From Ascidiella aspersa (taxonomy: Eukaryota), in NCBI GenBank assembly GCA_963924565.1, contig OZ004612.1:29636001-29700000 (forward strand): 64,000 nucleotides of DNA, read 5' to 3'. This document shows, in pieces, positions 51,201 through 64,000 of this stretch. Every line of letters starts with the position of its first letter. Position 1 is the stretch's first letter. Under the pieces are notes generated by a model. It made no database searches. It saw only the letters and a program-made list of their open reading frames with translations, and was not told where the DNA came from. The translations under genes were made by a program, and so were the position numbers.

Positions 51201-54200
51201 AAAACCAGCATTGCTTAAAGACTTTTAAATTATGTAGCATATTGGTTGAAGGTTGTAGTAAGACGTAATCAGAATATATCAGAGCCCATACAGAAGTATA
51301 TGTAGAATTTGAACGTTTTGTCAACAACTGACGGTTTGGTATTCTTATTACGTCTTTTAAATTATGTTTTCCTAATATTTCCTTTATACGTTATGAAAGT
51401 AAAGCAAAGAGCAAGTGCATCTTATGTGTGGCCGGGCGACGACTGGGTGTGAACAAAAAATCATTTGATTTCATTACTGGCCCATAAAAATAAGATCAGG
51501 GACAATAAAAAGAGTCCGTCAACAACCCGATGACGTCTCGTAATATTTGCACATATGTGTGCTTTGAAGTCGCACGGAACCGTGGCAGGGTGTCTAACAT
51601 GCTTGGCTGCTTGTCTACAGAACACGTTGGACTGTTAGTGGTTGGGGCTGGTATTTTCCAACATATCATTGTCAATCCTCGCTCTACACGAAAGCTCTGC
51701 AAACCCTCTGTACTCAAGTTCGGTCGACTGGAAAACTTTTACCGTATTGACGGCCACAACAGGACCTAACGCCCCAGCATTTTTCTTGTGAATGTGTGCG
51801 GCATTTACAAATGACAGCGTAGAGTAAATAAACCGATTTCCTTACAAGGCGACGAGTTAGTGACAACTACGTGTACACTTGTCGTTATGTGTTACTAGAA
51901 ATATTTCACTTCAACATGAAACACATATATAGTGCCTATAGCCTCCCAAATAAGGTTACAACAATACTATTTTACTATTGTGTTAACGATTCAAAGTAAG
52001 TTGAATTGGGTTACACAAAATGTAATATAAACAACCAATTCATGCCTTACGTCAACAACATTTTATGGTTACATCGGCTGTCAAGTTTCACATATTGGGT
52101 TCTAAGCGATTTGGGTGGCAACATAATACTTATGTTGTTTGCAGTTTTGGGAAAATTGTGTTTTAAGTTCGCCTGTTGTGTGATATGTTCGATATTGTCC
52201 TTTCTATTAGCGGTAAAGTGTATGACAATTTGCCGAAATGTACAAAGGCTGTAGATACCCAAACGCTGGTGAATGCTCACAAAACAGAATTGTGCATAAA
52301 TATTTTAGTCGTCTTGAGACAATTCACGTGGATAGGGCAGTAAAGAGGCAAGAGATGCGAGTGAGTTATGTGAATGTTAAGGCAATGCTCTAAACTTGCC
52401 AAGGTATTCGGGTAATTGCCGAAGGATATTTGTTAGAAGTTATGTTTTTCTTTGACAATATTCGTCTTCGTGTTTTTGCTAAAGTACACAAAGCAAAATT
52501 TAAAAGGACCAGATCACAAATGTACAAATGTGCATCTGGTGTTTTATCACTATTATGGGTTTGCCGTTATTTTTGGTCATTACGACTTCAAAATGGCCAC
52601 ATCATTGTTTTACAAAATGTCTATATTGTATTGTTCATGTGCGGGTAAATGATTGGTCTGGTTGCAGCGCAAATAAACATACATTTTTTGTGGGACTGCA
52701 AATCACTTAACAAGTTACGAGGATTCGCATATGCAAACAACTTAAAAGCTTGGGACCAATAATTTCAAGCATCTTTCATACCATTGCTCTTGGTGCATTA
52801 GGCCTCAAACTAAGTTTGCCAATTTACCGTGACGTAATAGTTCCACCTTAATACACCTTTCCAAGTAGCAGCGTAGGTTTTGACGAGGCATTAAAAATTG
52901 ATGAACAGTCGCCCGCCCTTCGAGTTTATTGTTACAAATACGATCGAGCTGCCGTATTGGTACGTCACAATGTGATCAGCGCGCGCACTTGACACGTGAC
53001 ATTTGCAATCAGCGGTTTTGCGAGATCTGGTCACGTGTTGCACTTCATAAATGTGACATGTAAGGGTTAATTATGTAAAGCTGCGGATGTTGAGAAATAA
53101 ACGTTCTGATATTATACACTATCCTTTTTTTACTGTTATTACCAATTTCTTCCTTGCCTTTCGTAAAAATGCTGTTTTAACCCCAACAAATGTTTTGGAA
53201 TACAAATTAAAATACAGCTGTTTACCAATGCGATATGTTTTTTTTACGAAGTCTACTTGCAATTAATGCAGTTTTGTACTGTAAACCTAGTCGCGTTTAA
53301 ATTGAAAACTGTAAACTATAGGGACCGGTAAAATAATAAACTACATTTTAAAATCTGCAGGCTATTGCAGGACCGAACTTTATCATGTCAATTAGGATTG
53401 TAACGTTTCAAAGCAAACTTGTGCCTTATACTATTTAAAAACACAAAAGAAATTTTCAACAGACCTTTTATGCATTACTGCAAATGTTAAAATCGCAAAT
53501 ATACCAAGCCATAAATGGTTACATTGTCGTGTTAAAATCATGTTCCACCACTTACCTCCGTTCAAGACAGCTTTGGTGCCTTTCAGTTGTGTCAAGAAAG
53601 CCAGCATTGTAACACATAGCACCGTTTTCCTTCCACCACACCTTGCCCTACTTCGCACATGCCTAAACATCACTATTTACAAACAAATGCCCCACCAACA
53701 GGCTGCCTAGCATTTCTCCAACCGCCTTCTGAGACCAACACAACACAAAAGGAAAATGTATTATTTATTGCGGCTGTGTTTTGACACACTAAGCCTAAGG
53801 TCTTACAATGGTCTTTCTGTTCTTGCACTTTGTAAGTGCAACTTTCTCTGAAACTGTTAGATCAGTTCGGATTGCGTTTCTTTGCTTTACGGGGTTTGCG
53901 GCTTTGATTTTGAAATGTAAAAACTAAGCTCATCTTACTCAACAGCGTTCTGTTGTCGCACTTTATGTGCAACTTGACTACTTTGTATGGATTCGGTTTA
54001 AATATGAGAACGCACGTCAATTGACAACGTACCAGCTAATATTTTTAGAACATGTGAAATAAATAATTAGCCTGGTGCAAAAGTAGCATTTGTGGATATA
54101 AAAGTTTTACACGGAAATAATTTAGAACTGTAATTTCATTCACTTGTGCATTTTAGCAACACATTTATAATATCTGCAAGTTCGTGAATTTTACATTGCT

Positions 54201-57200
54201 GTTTTGCCATGTCCTATTTGAAACCGAATTTAATAAAGAAAAAAAACATACACAAAATGATAGCGCCTGTCAAATAACCTTAACGTTGTACTAAATTTCC
54301 TACATAATCTTTGATACCGTGGACTTTTACCATTCAAACGAAATATCTTAAAAGCGTCTTTCCACTACAAGTGACGCCCATATTAGAGCTCAACTTCCAA
54401 GAATGCCTAATACGCGTAATGCTTAAGGAGAAGGCGTTAGTGGCCCACCCGACACGCTTTCAAAATTCCTGCCGAAATCGCAGACTGCCAAGGCCACCGC
54501 TGATTCCACGATAACTGATGCGGTAGACTTTTGTTATAGTAGAACCACACTGACCTTGTACGGCGGTTTAAGAGAAAAGGAATGTCCGATTTAAGCGGGT
54601 GGTGGATGACAAACAAGAGAGGTTTTTTGTCGAAGAAGAATCGAAAATTAAGAAACAACGCAGCATATTGAACCGAAGAATCAAAATGCATTTGCCACTA
54701 AAAGCGTAAAAATCACAAACAAACAAACAAAGCGCGGATTTCGTGTAATCGCTGTTTTCAAATAGTATCTTCTTAAATATCTTGATGTTCCTTTTTTTTG
54801 TTTAATATAGTCACAATTGTTTTTTTTTCACTTAAATTGTAAAGCGTTTAGTACTTGTTACTTTTAACAGCAAAATCATCTAAATTATTCTTTTCAAATA
54901 CCATTTTCAAATATAAACTTTCATCCGTTTCGTTACATATCGCAATTATTTGAATTTCTTCAATAATTGTAAAAATCGCAATCAACACAGCTGAACGATT
55001 AGGTTTAATGAGTCAGTTAAATCTTCCTATCAAATACCATCTTTGCATAGACGCGCTAAATATTTGTACTAAACTATCGTGTCTTATGGTACTGTCTCGG
55101 CAGTTAAATTTCTCAGTAAATGTCCAATTCACAATCAAGGATGTCCCTTAACAAACGCACACATAAAAATCATTTTGGTATAACCAAATAGCCAAGTTAG
55201 TTTAACCAAACAATATTATAAACTTGTGTGTCTTTTGGTATATGTCTCAGCCACTCCGAAATACCGCAATCGTTGCACAAACGGACAACTTGGTGTTTTA
55301 TAATAACTCCGACTGTTTTTTTCCTGGTTACGTGAGTCTCGCGTATAGTACACCATTCATCCACTGAGCCAGCTGCTGCCGATCGGTAACCGCTGTTTCC
55401 ACCTGGGTAGCCACAACTTTGAAATGCTGACAACTGCATGAATGTTAATCTCGCAAATTTGCTTTTAACCCTTGGATCGGTTAATTTCTATGTTGAAAAA
55501 CTGAAATACCTGGAATTTACGTTCTCTTCATCAAATTCTAATAACTCCAATACAACTGAATTTAAACAACCGCTAATGTCGGTAAACTGCAAAACTAAAA
55601 ATTGAATGCCCGATTTGACAAAGTTGTGCATATAAGGTATGTATATGCAGTAGAACAAAATTTCTGCTATAATTTGTTATCTATCTGCCACAAAACTCAT
55701 ATTAATTCTCCCCATAAAATGTAAAGCAATTTCCTCGTGTAAATACTTCGTGTAAAAGACTCACGCGCAAAAGTGAAGAACTGAAATAATTCTGATTCAT
55801 TCCAGCTGACTAAAAAACACTTCACACTCTAATCTACTATCCAATGGCGCAAATGATAGAACCTTTTCATTTTCTTCAAAAAAACTGTTTAAAAACTACG
55901 GTATTTTTTGACAAGTCGAGATTTAAAGGTCAAGCATCAATCATGTATAAAATAGAACCGTTTTAATCACACATATACCCAATCTTGGTCGCTTCTAAAC
56001 CCTTACCAAGCGTAAATACACGATACTCTCTCCAACAAACGCGAATCGAATATGAAGCACCAGGTCTTTATGAATGCCAAAGCTAGCACTTCGATGTCAA
56101 TCCTAGCCAGGTGAAGTGCTACTCGAGATGTGGCTCTGTTAGAAGGAAACTCCGAATGTATACTATCCTGACTTTCGATTGACTCGGCTGCTTTTACGCT
56201 CTCTCTCTACGTACGTTCGTCTAATCCAACAGGTCACTCGTGATCCGATAATGTAGGCATTAGCGACAGAGAGATCCTTTCCTTTTCGGTTTTTAGCAAG
56301 CATTTTGCCTTTTTCTCGGTTTGTCTAAATCAAAACTGTTTGGGAGTTTCTGGTAATTTTAGCACGAAGACAAATACCTCGCTTTTGACAAGATTCCTTA
56401 CTTGCTTTTCACAGGTCAAGTGTCTATTTGCGAGCTATAATGCGTAACTCCCGGGATTTATACGAATATGAAACGAACTAAATGTTACTTAAAAGTCTAT
56501 ACAGAAGTTGGCATCATTTTGAATGTTTCGAATAACCTAAATTCATTTTCAACATAGTCAATGTGGAAAAATGAGTAAAAGAGTACCTATACGTCTTGAC
56601 ATCCAACCATTATGCTTCAAAATGTTATTTGAAATGTCGCAAAATACTTAACAAATAAATAACGCATGCTTAAGGATCATATGCGATAAACGTCTGTACT
56701 CTAATTTTAAACGTCGATTTAATTTTATATCCGATGTCATAAGCGACTTTACATCAACAGAAAATACATTATTAAGTAGAATACCTGGCCCCTTGGTAAC
56801 ACACGCCTTTTTATGTTGCATACACATTTAAGCGTGCTTTGAAACTGTCGCACGTTTTTCTCTCATCTTCGTTAGGGCGCAGACAAACAGATATAAATAG
56901 ATTTCTCGTTTGAAATGACTGTTTCGTGTTTACTGTTTATTATATTTAGCGAACGAACTCGTGAAGTCTCGACCTCGAATATTCGAGTTGAGATACCATC
57001 TTGAAGTTGCAAGGTATACTTTGTATTATCGCGCCATTAGGATACAACTTCTTGGGCGTGAATAATTGATGCATGTTTCATGGTGAAGCGTAAATTGTGA
57101 TGGTTTACCGCATCTTAATCTTTTGATTGCGTGGTTTAATTTTCGAATGGAACGCAATATCAGTGAAAGTTGGAATATTGTGTTAATATAGCATTCCTAC

Positions 57201-59507
57201 GTTTATTAAAAGTTTTTAGAACGGGGTGCAACAACTAAAAAAGTTGTAAATACTTTGCGTTAATTGCCCCTCGTTAATTTTTTGTATTTCACGTTCCTAA
57301 AAATTCAGCGTACGCCTCTCAAGGCTATGAACTTACCCAAACTGCAGGCAAATATTTGAGATCTATAAATCATTAAGACAGTCCCGAATTTATTTTTTAG
57401 TCAACATTGTTTTCATATACCTCAACATTTAGACGTAAAAAGAGTGCTGTTTCGTTTTTTGTGTTTGTGTCATATTGCTTGAAATGGAATTAATGTAGTA
57501 ATTCTCATGAATAATCATTTTTTGGTGACAACGACTTGACTTGAAATCGACTTAATATGGTGGCGATGACTTTACGGTAAATTGACTTGTTATTCATTGC
57601 AATGACTTGGACTGAGACATTTTATTTGTAGTAAAAATTATCTTTAACGTGACCAAACCCAGGTTAAAATTGGAGTTTTGGACTAGCACGAGTGTAAATT
57701 AACTAGAGTAGAAACCACTGCATTCCGTTCTCCGCCCTGTTTTCCCACAACGACCTCTAACGACGCCTCGTGTGATTTGAAGGTCACAATTAGCGCAGCT
57801 CGTTTTGTCGCAGTTCGAGCGTAAACCTATCATTAGCGGCTTTTAGTCGCGATCTTTTCCGCCAGCCAGGAAATGCACAAACTATTCTTGGCGAGTTACA
57901 AAACTCTGTAGCTGTATGTTTGGGGTGACGTAGTTTGGCCGTTACTGTCACTTCACGGCAATAGTGTACAGCTTTTCTGGCGGTATACCACCCAGAGTCG
58001 TTTTAAAGCAATCGTTTTGTTTTAATTGACTCAAGTTTATCGAAGCAGAAAATAACTGAAATTTCAAAAACAGTCTGAGCGCTAACTGCAGATTTTAGAA
58101 CATTGGCGGATTTAATTTGAAAAATAGTATAACTTACAGCAGCCTCAATAATATTACACTTGCGGATTTTTTCTAAACTCCTTTACCCAAAAACCTGCTC
58201 GCATAACTGCTAAAACACCTTCCCGTACCAATAGTAGTCTTTGCACCACAGGTTGAGAAACCGTTAGTTTTACAGTTTGGTTGTAGTGCGCCCTGGGTGA
58301 TCTGTCAGCTATGCGCAGCACTTTTACACGGTTACGAGCCGTTTATAGCTTTTTTCACACGCGTTTGGTTTGTAAATGTCAAGGCGCGGCCGTAGTATGA
58401 ACCAAACCCTCAGAATATAAATGCATGCAGTGGTGTATTCTGAACAACAGTTTTATACAATAAAACTTGTACTACATAGAATGCTATCCTGAGTTTTTCT
58501 AAAGACACAGCTTTTTACTTTGACAATTTATTGACTGGAGTGCAATTATGCAATAAATTTTAAAGCCCGTGCATATGCATAACGTTTTTGATTTGAACAA
58601 CACAAACTTTTTAAGTTTAACGTCACAACTAACTACAATCTTCATTCGGCAAAATCTAAACGAAGCTATTAACGCATAGAGTAATGTCGTGAATTAAAGT
58701 AGCTTGCTAAGTGTAGCCTTTTTTAAACGGAAGAAATTACTAGAAATCTTCATTCTCAAATGGCGTTTGTATAATTAAACGAGAGGTCTTAATTCCAGCT
58801 ATTTCTCTGGCAAGATCAAAATCACTAAATCGGTCTCTTGTGTTTTGATATTAAAGCTTTGGAGATTAAGAGAGTCATTAATTTTTATCGACCGTGACAG
58901 ACGCTATACTGTAGAACGGCGGCGTTATGTGCATCAAAAAAATACTGTACCCCAATAGCAATGCTGACTTCTGTACTGATTTATCGCATAAAATACATAG
59001 TTACAGAGACAATTTATATATTATAAACACGGTAAATATTGCAATTTTAACAGATTCGCTTGTGGTGAATCATCAAAAATACCCATTAAAGCAATACCTG
59101 ACATGACAAAGAAATTAAACCATTTGCCGAGACAATTTTTATCTTTTTTTTTATAGAAAATGCATGTTGTTTATCAAAATGACATTATAAATTTTAAGTC
59201 AACTTTATATACATAACCTCAGACACGGCCATAATTGCTGAAACATGTTACATTAAATATCAAGTAAAACAGCATTGCAATTTTAATGTGCAGTATATAC
59301 CCCTACAATTGGGCTGCAGGTATAGAATATGCTTTCATGACAAAATGTTTTATCGTTAAACTAAATCAGACACGTGCTTGTTTCAAATGCACTTCAAGTG
59401 TGCATTATTCGGTTTAAACCGCCTGCTTAAAACAACATCGGCTTGTTGCGCTACGAAGCAACCCTGATCAAGGGTATAAATATAACATGCGTGTAGACAG
59501 TTTAGCC

Positions 59508-59847
59508 CAGTGGTTCTCAACCGTTTTTCTTTTATGGCTAATTTAGGTTGCAAAAAAATTCTGCGGCCCAATAGTTTTATGAAAGAAAAAACTTTAAAAT
59601 AGGTTTAGAACAAAACACAGCAGAACATATTTCAAAGATTATTTATTCAACCGTGCATTAGTGAGATACTTGCTGCTGAACAATACATTTACATTCCTTT
59701 TTAATTGATCCCCAAGCCATTATTCCTGTAAAATTAAATATAGTGACAAAAATGAAACTGAATAGCTTTTTTAAATTTGTCTGTGGCCCACCTCAAACGT
59801 TCTTATGGCCCACCAGTGAGCCATGGCCCACTGGTTGAGAACCGCTG
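59508..59847. mobile_element. hAT (Charlie-like) MITE, family B
   Basis: TIRs CAGTGGTTCTCAACC / GGTTGAGAACCGCTG and a perfect 8-bp TSD GTTTAGCC. Confidence 0.9.
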
Positions 59848-62716
59848 GTTTAGCCTAACCAATCTTTAACTGAAAACTTTGTAATATGCCTAAAAAGCCG
59901 CAGTTTTCACGACTTTAAACTTAATTGAACGCCGTGTGCAATATTCGCAAACCTGCCTCTAAATTACTCGAGCTTTGCCAAAACTGTAGAAAATTATATA
60001 ACTAGATCGGTAATGGTAATAACAAGGCTATAGTTCCTTTTATGACTGTGTAAAAAGCTCGATGTAGTCGCAGTGACGTTTGCATTTTTGTGCACAAACA
60101 ACGTTTAGTAAATTAAATAACAGGCTGCACTTCGCCAACAATAGTTCGCCGATGCTACTTTCGTTTAATCTAACAAGTTTCAAAATGCTTGACAGCCGCG
60201 CATTTTTTGCTGTCTTAAACTCCTATTTTACTGACATGCTCAATATGTTTCCGAAAACTGCCCACAAATTTTCCATGCTTTGCAGAAGCTTGAGATAGAA
60301 CGTATTATATAATCATTTGTTTGTCATAGTTCCACGACTATACAATTTTTGAAACATGTGTCTCACCCTACTAAATAACGTCACATTCTTACTGTTTTTA
60401 ACTTCTATTTTAACGACATTACCAATATGTAAATTCCGGCATACTGCCCAAAGTTAATGCAAAAAACTTTTGAAAGAACAAATTATATAATTCTTCAATC
60501 ATACACAATCGTATCACTAAACTACTTTTCCTTATCTAACAAATGTCTAAAAATGCCTAATAATGGCGCAATCCCACTGTCTTTTAACCCCGTCGACATT
60601 GACAATATGTTGCTAAAGTCTTTAGCAAGCTGTCTCTAACTTGCTACGGCGACTGACTGACAAGTCTTCTCTTGACCGCTTATCGTTCTTCCGCAAAACG
60701 ACAGCCTTCTATCCCGTCTCGTGCTCACTCGAGCATGACGACCCTTGACCTTACGTCGATACGTCGTCGTGAGAGAGTGACGTAATTGTGTCGACGGCGG
60801 CCATCTTGATTTGCGGAGGAATGCGTTGCACTACTGCCATACTATGGACAAATGTTTAAGCGTTCTATCTATTTTTTACATTTCTGTTTTGGTGTCTTAA
60901 TGATTGCAAGAGCGAAATGGCCTTAAGCAAATTATTTGTTTATTTATACAAAATTTTGTCCATGAATATTCTTTGGGTAGATGTTAACGCTTTCTATGTA
61001 TTTTTTAAGTTTTTTAAACAAATTTCTTTAACCAACCAAACTATCCAAAAATGTATATAACCTAGCAGGGTTTTGCTGTCTTCACATCTTAATCCAACGA
61101 CATTAGCAATGTGTTGTCTCAAATTCTCATTATTACGCAAAAAAAATTTTGACAGAACAATTATATAATCACTCAATCATAGACAAAAGTACGACTGTCT
61201 AATTTTCCTTATTAAACAAGATATTTACGCCTTTTATCTACATTGCTAAATTATTGCAAGAATGGAACCGTCAAGTGTTTTAGAGTAACTTTTTTAGTTA
61301 TTTATACAAAATTTTGTTTCACCAACAACGTTTTACTAATTGCTAATTAACTTTATTCACAATCTGTTCATCAAACTCTTTCAGGCTCGTCGACGAATAA
61401 CAACTATTACTTTTTGCTGTCAAATTTCGTACGTTGTATCGGGCGATTACTACGAGTACCACTTTCCAATAGGACTTGCAGATTGGGTGATAACATTGTA
61501 CCTCAAAGGGTAATTCACTGCACATTAAACACACGAAATCGTCAAAGCTAAAATAATTGACATAAACGTTCAATCAGCAAAAATGATCCTATATTTACCT
61601 CACAGCTGCTCAAAATCCATCTCACACGTGTGGAAATGCATTTCCTTCTAAACTGGGTTGGCGTCACTGTTAATCTAACCGACCTTTCGACCACTTTTAC
61701 GTCTTAACCTTTGCAAAGTTACGAGGTCGCCTCTCAAGGTTGCTTGTTATAAACAATACAATTCCAGTATAGCATGGTTGAGAGACAATTAGAGAATCAT
61801 TTTTTTTAAATCATTGCCTCAATGCAATGCTCTGATTTTACATTTGCGTGGCTATCTCGCAGGTTTGATATTTAAAAATGGCTTGATTTTACGGCATTTT
61901 GCCAATTTTTCTCTTTCGTAAAGTAATACCAACCTTTTTAAGTTTTTTTTACCAAACTCTTAATAATAACCAGTCAATTCAATGCAATTCTGTTTTTCTA
62001 ACTTCTATCTATTTTTCTCCTAACCTTGCTTTAAAAATTAGTAGGACAATCTATCTAGTGTATTTAGATCTTTTAAAAACGACAACCGGGTTAATTTTAC
62101 TGACATTTTTGCCACTTTCCGTATTTCTTATTCCCAAACCTCTTAAACTTGCTCTACTCTATCAGCCCCCTTCCCCTTTGCATCAAATCGATCCGACCTC
62201 AAACCCAGTCTAATGCTGGCCTCTTTGCTTGTCTATAGAAAGCTTCTTTATCGGCCAACGACGATCGAATTTCCTTCAATTAGGCCCGCGCCTAAAAGTT
62301 CACCAGTCCTCTATTTTATCGCGGTTTTCTTTGCAATGAACCGCCTTAAATTATGTTTCCAGCATCAATAATGCACACGATCCTTATCTCATCTGTGGCG
62401 AAATGAAGGTTTTTTAGTTTTTGCTCCTGAGGAAAAGCGAGGGTTTGAAACCTTGACGGATTCAACGTTTCGACTAAAACTTGGCTTCATCTGGTCGCTT
62501 TAATATAATAACTAAGCTTTGCGCATCAATAAAATATAAGACACGCAGCGTACGGTTGCGTCCCGCGCCCGCTATAAACCCTTCCATACTGACTTGGCTA
62601 TGTTTGCGATCGAAGCTAATCAAGTTAAGCGCTCTGAAGTCGATCCCCAATTGAATCGCGCTTCCTAAACTGGCCGGTGAATGACTTAAACGGCGAAGGT
62701 CATAAAACACACACTG

Positions 62717-63257
62717 AAAGGGCGTATCTTTCTGGAATCCCAAACCATTGTCAGCAGGTTTCTGTCGATCAGTATTACGCTAACGCGTATATCAACAATA
62801 AAACTGAAAATTAAAAAAAACGAGTAAAACCAGGATTAGACATATACGAGAATATATAAAAGGCCGTTTTTCAATAGAATCCAAAACTATTGGCAACAGA
62901 TTTCTGCTGGTCTGTTTCGCTGGCGCGTATATAAACAATAGAACTCAAAATTAAAAAAAGTAAAACCAGGATTAGACATACTAGAATATATAAAAGGGCG
63001 TATCTTTATGGAATCCAAAACCATTAGCAGCAGGTTTCTGCTTGTCGATCACTGTTCAGCTGACGCGTATATAAACAAAAAAACTCAAAGTTTAAAATAC
63101 CGAATAAAACCATGAACAGACATATACTAGAATATATAAAAGGGCGTATCTTTATGGAATCCAAAACCATTAGCAACAGGTTTCTGCTTATCGATCATTG
63201 TTCTGCTGACGCGTATATGAACAATAGAACTCAAAGTTTGAAAACCCGAGTAAAAAC
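62717..63257. repeat. Tandem repeat of about 140 bp, four copies, with an inverted partial copy at 63390-63427
   Basis: Units begin AAAGGGCGTATCTT..GGAATCC at about 62717, 62858, 62993 and 63138. Confidence 0.88.
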
Positions 63258-63900
63258 AAGATCAAAAATTTTTTTAAGGACTTATATTTCGCCTCTATTG
63301 GCATCGTTAGTTGCTATAAGTATTTATAATACATATACATAGCAAAGTAATAATACAATTTTTAACAAAGTCAAAAACATATGAAATCAGTTTTTACTCG
63401 GGTGTTTTAAACTTTGAGTTTTATTGTTTTATTAACACACTGCATACACTGCATTACTTACACTGCATTACTTACGCCCAAATGCTCACGCAAATCTTCG
63501 AATGCCCTATAGCGCTGTATATCTCGCCTCGCTTGGCAGGTGCGAAACGGCCAATTACTAGCGACGCCCCTTTAGCGAGTGATGTATCGCACAAACATAG
63601 CAGTGCCCGGTATTCTGGCACATGTTTGGCTGACCTGTGCACCCGACACATCACTTAGCTAATTGCATACGCCTGGTCAGCTATATTGCCCCTGTGTGTA
63701 TATGTTTACAACGAAGTGACACTGTTTAGGAAATACCTATCGTAAAGGGTCCGCAAATTACGCATCACCACTCAAGTTTTGTAAGTGTTTCTCTAATCGA
63801 AGGCTTTTTCTATAAGGTAACTTAAAACACGATTATAACTTTAGGGGTTATTTACCTTTTGGTTAGATTTTTAGAACTCGTTTACTTGCTCCTAATATGT

Positions 63901-64000
63901 TAGGCCTACCATATGTCCTCTTTAAGGAGGATTTGTCCTCTTTTTTTCAAGAAAAGTAAATGGTCCTCCGAGGACGATCAAAAAAGCCCAAATGTTCTCT
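63901..64000. mobile_element. Probable left end of a DNA-transposon MITE, truncated by the window end
   Basis: TAGGCCTACCATATGTCCTC followed by repeated GTCCTC/GAGGAC subterminal motifs. Confidence 0.35.

Noticed and set aside
51496-51769. ORFs on both strands as a possible Ig1 exon or nested gene
   Set aside because: No Ig motifs, no convincing splice sites and no recognisable similarity.
56084-56120. TAGCACTTC/GAAGTGCTA hairpin as a miRNA
   Set aside because: Only a 9-bp stem, too short for a precursor.
63472-63700. Candidate Ig1 or upstream exon ending at a strong GTAAGT (63474-75)
   Set aside because: The phase-1 frame has a TGA just before the donor, and I saw no Ig or signal-peptide features.

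Overview
AT-rich (roughly 35% GC by eye) eukaryotic genomic DNA. I infer an invertebrate chordate, most likely an ascidian or other tunicate. The main feature is a minus-strand, intron-rich IGSF9/turtle (Dasm1)-family cell-adhesion gene. I traced 23 GT-AG exons with fully consistent phases from 46278 down to the stop at 22731. They total about 4.5 kb of CDS (about 1500 aa): Ig2-Ig5, two FN3 domains, a TM helix and a cytoplasmic tail of about 860 aa carrying the IGSF9 motifs NYEWDSEF and RCAxLRxEF. The signal peptide and Ig1 were not found and probably lie beyond 64000. A probable signal-peptide first exon of a second minus-strand gene lies at 15236-15287. The rest is non-coding, with hAT-type MITEs (8-bp TSDs), other MITEs, tRNA-like Pol III elements, a 29-bp minisatellite and many local tandem duplications. 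The most notable observations are: (1) diverged 'ghost' copies of intron-end/exon-start junctions a few hundred bp or less upstream of at least 5 (up to 7) real acceptors, mostly with the AG kept; (2) a tandem pair of cloverleaf-foldable tRNA-like genes with an unusual GGT anticodon and a compensatory T-stem change; (3) a furin-consensus insert in FN3-2; (4) strong enrichment of TGACGTCA inside coding exons. Most ORFs in the supplied track are spurious.
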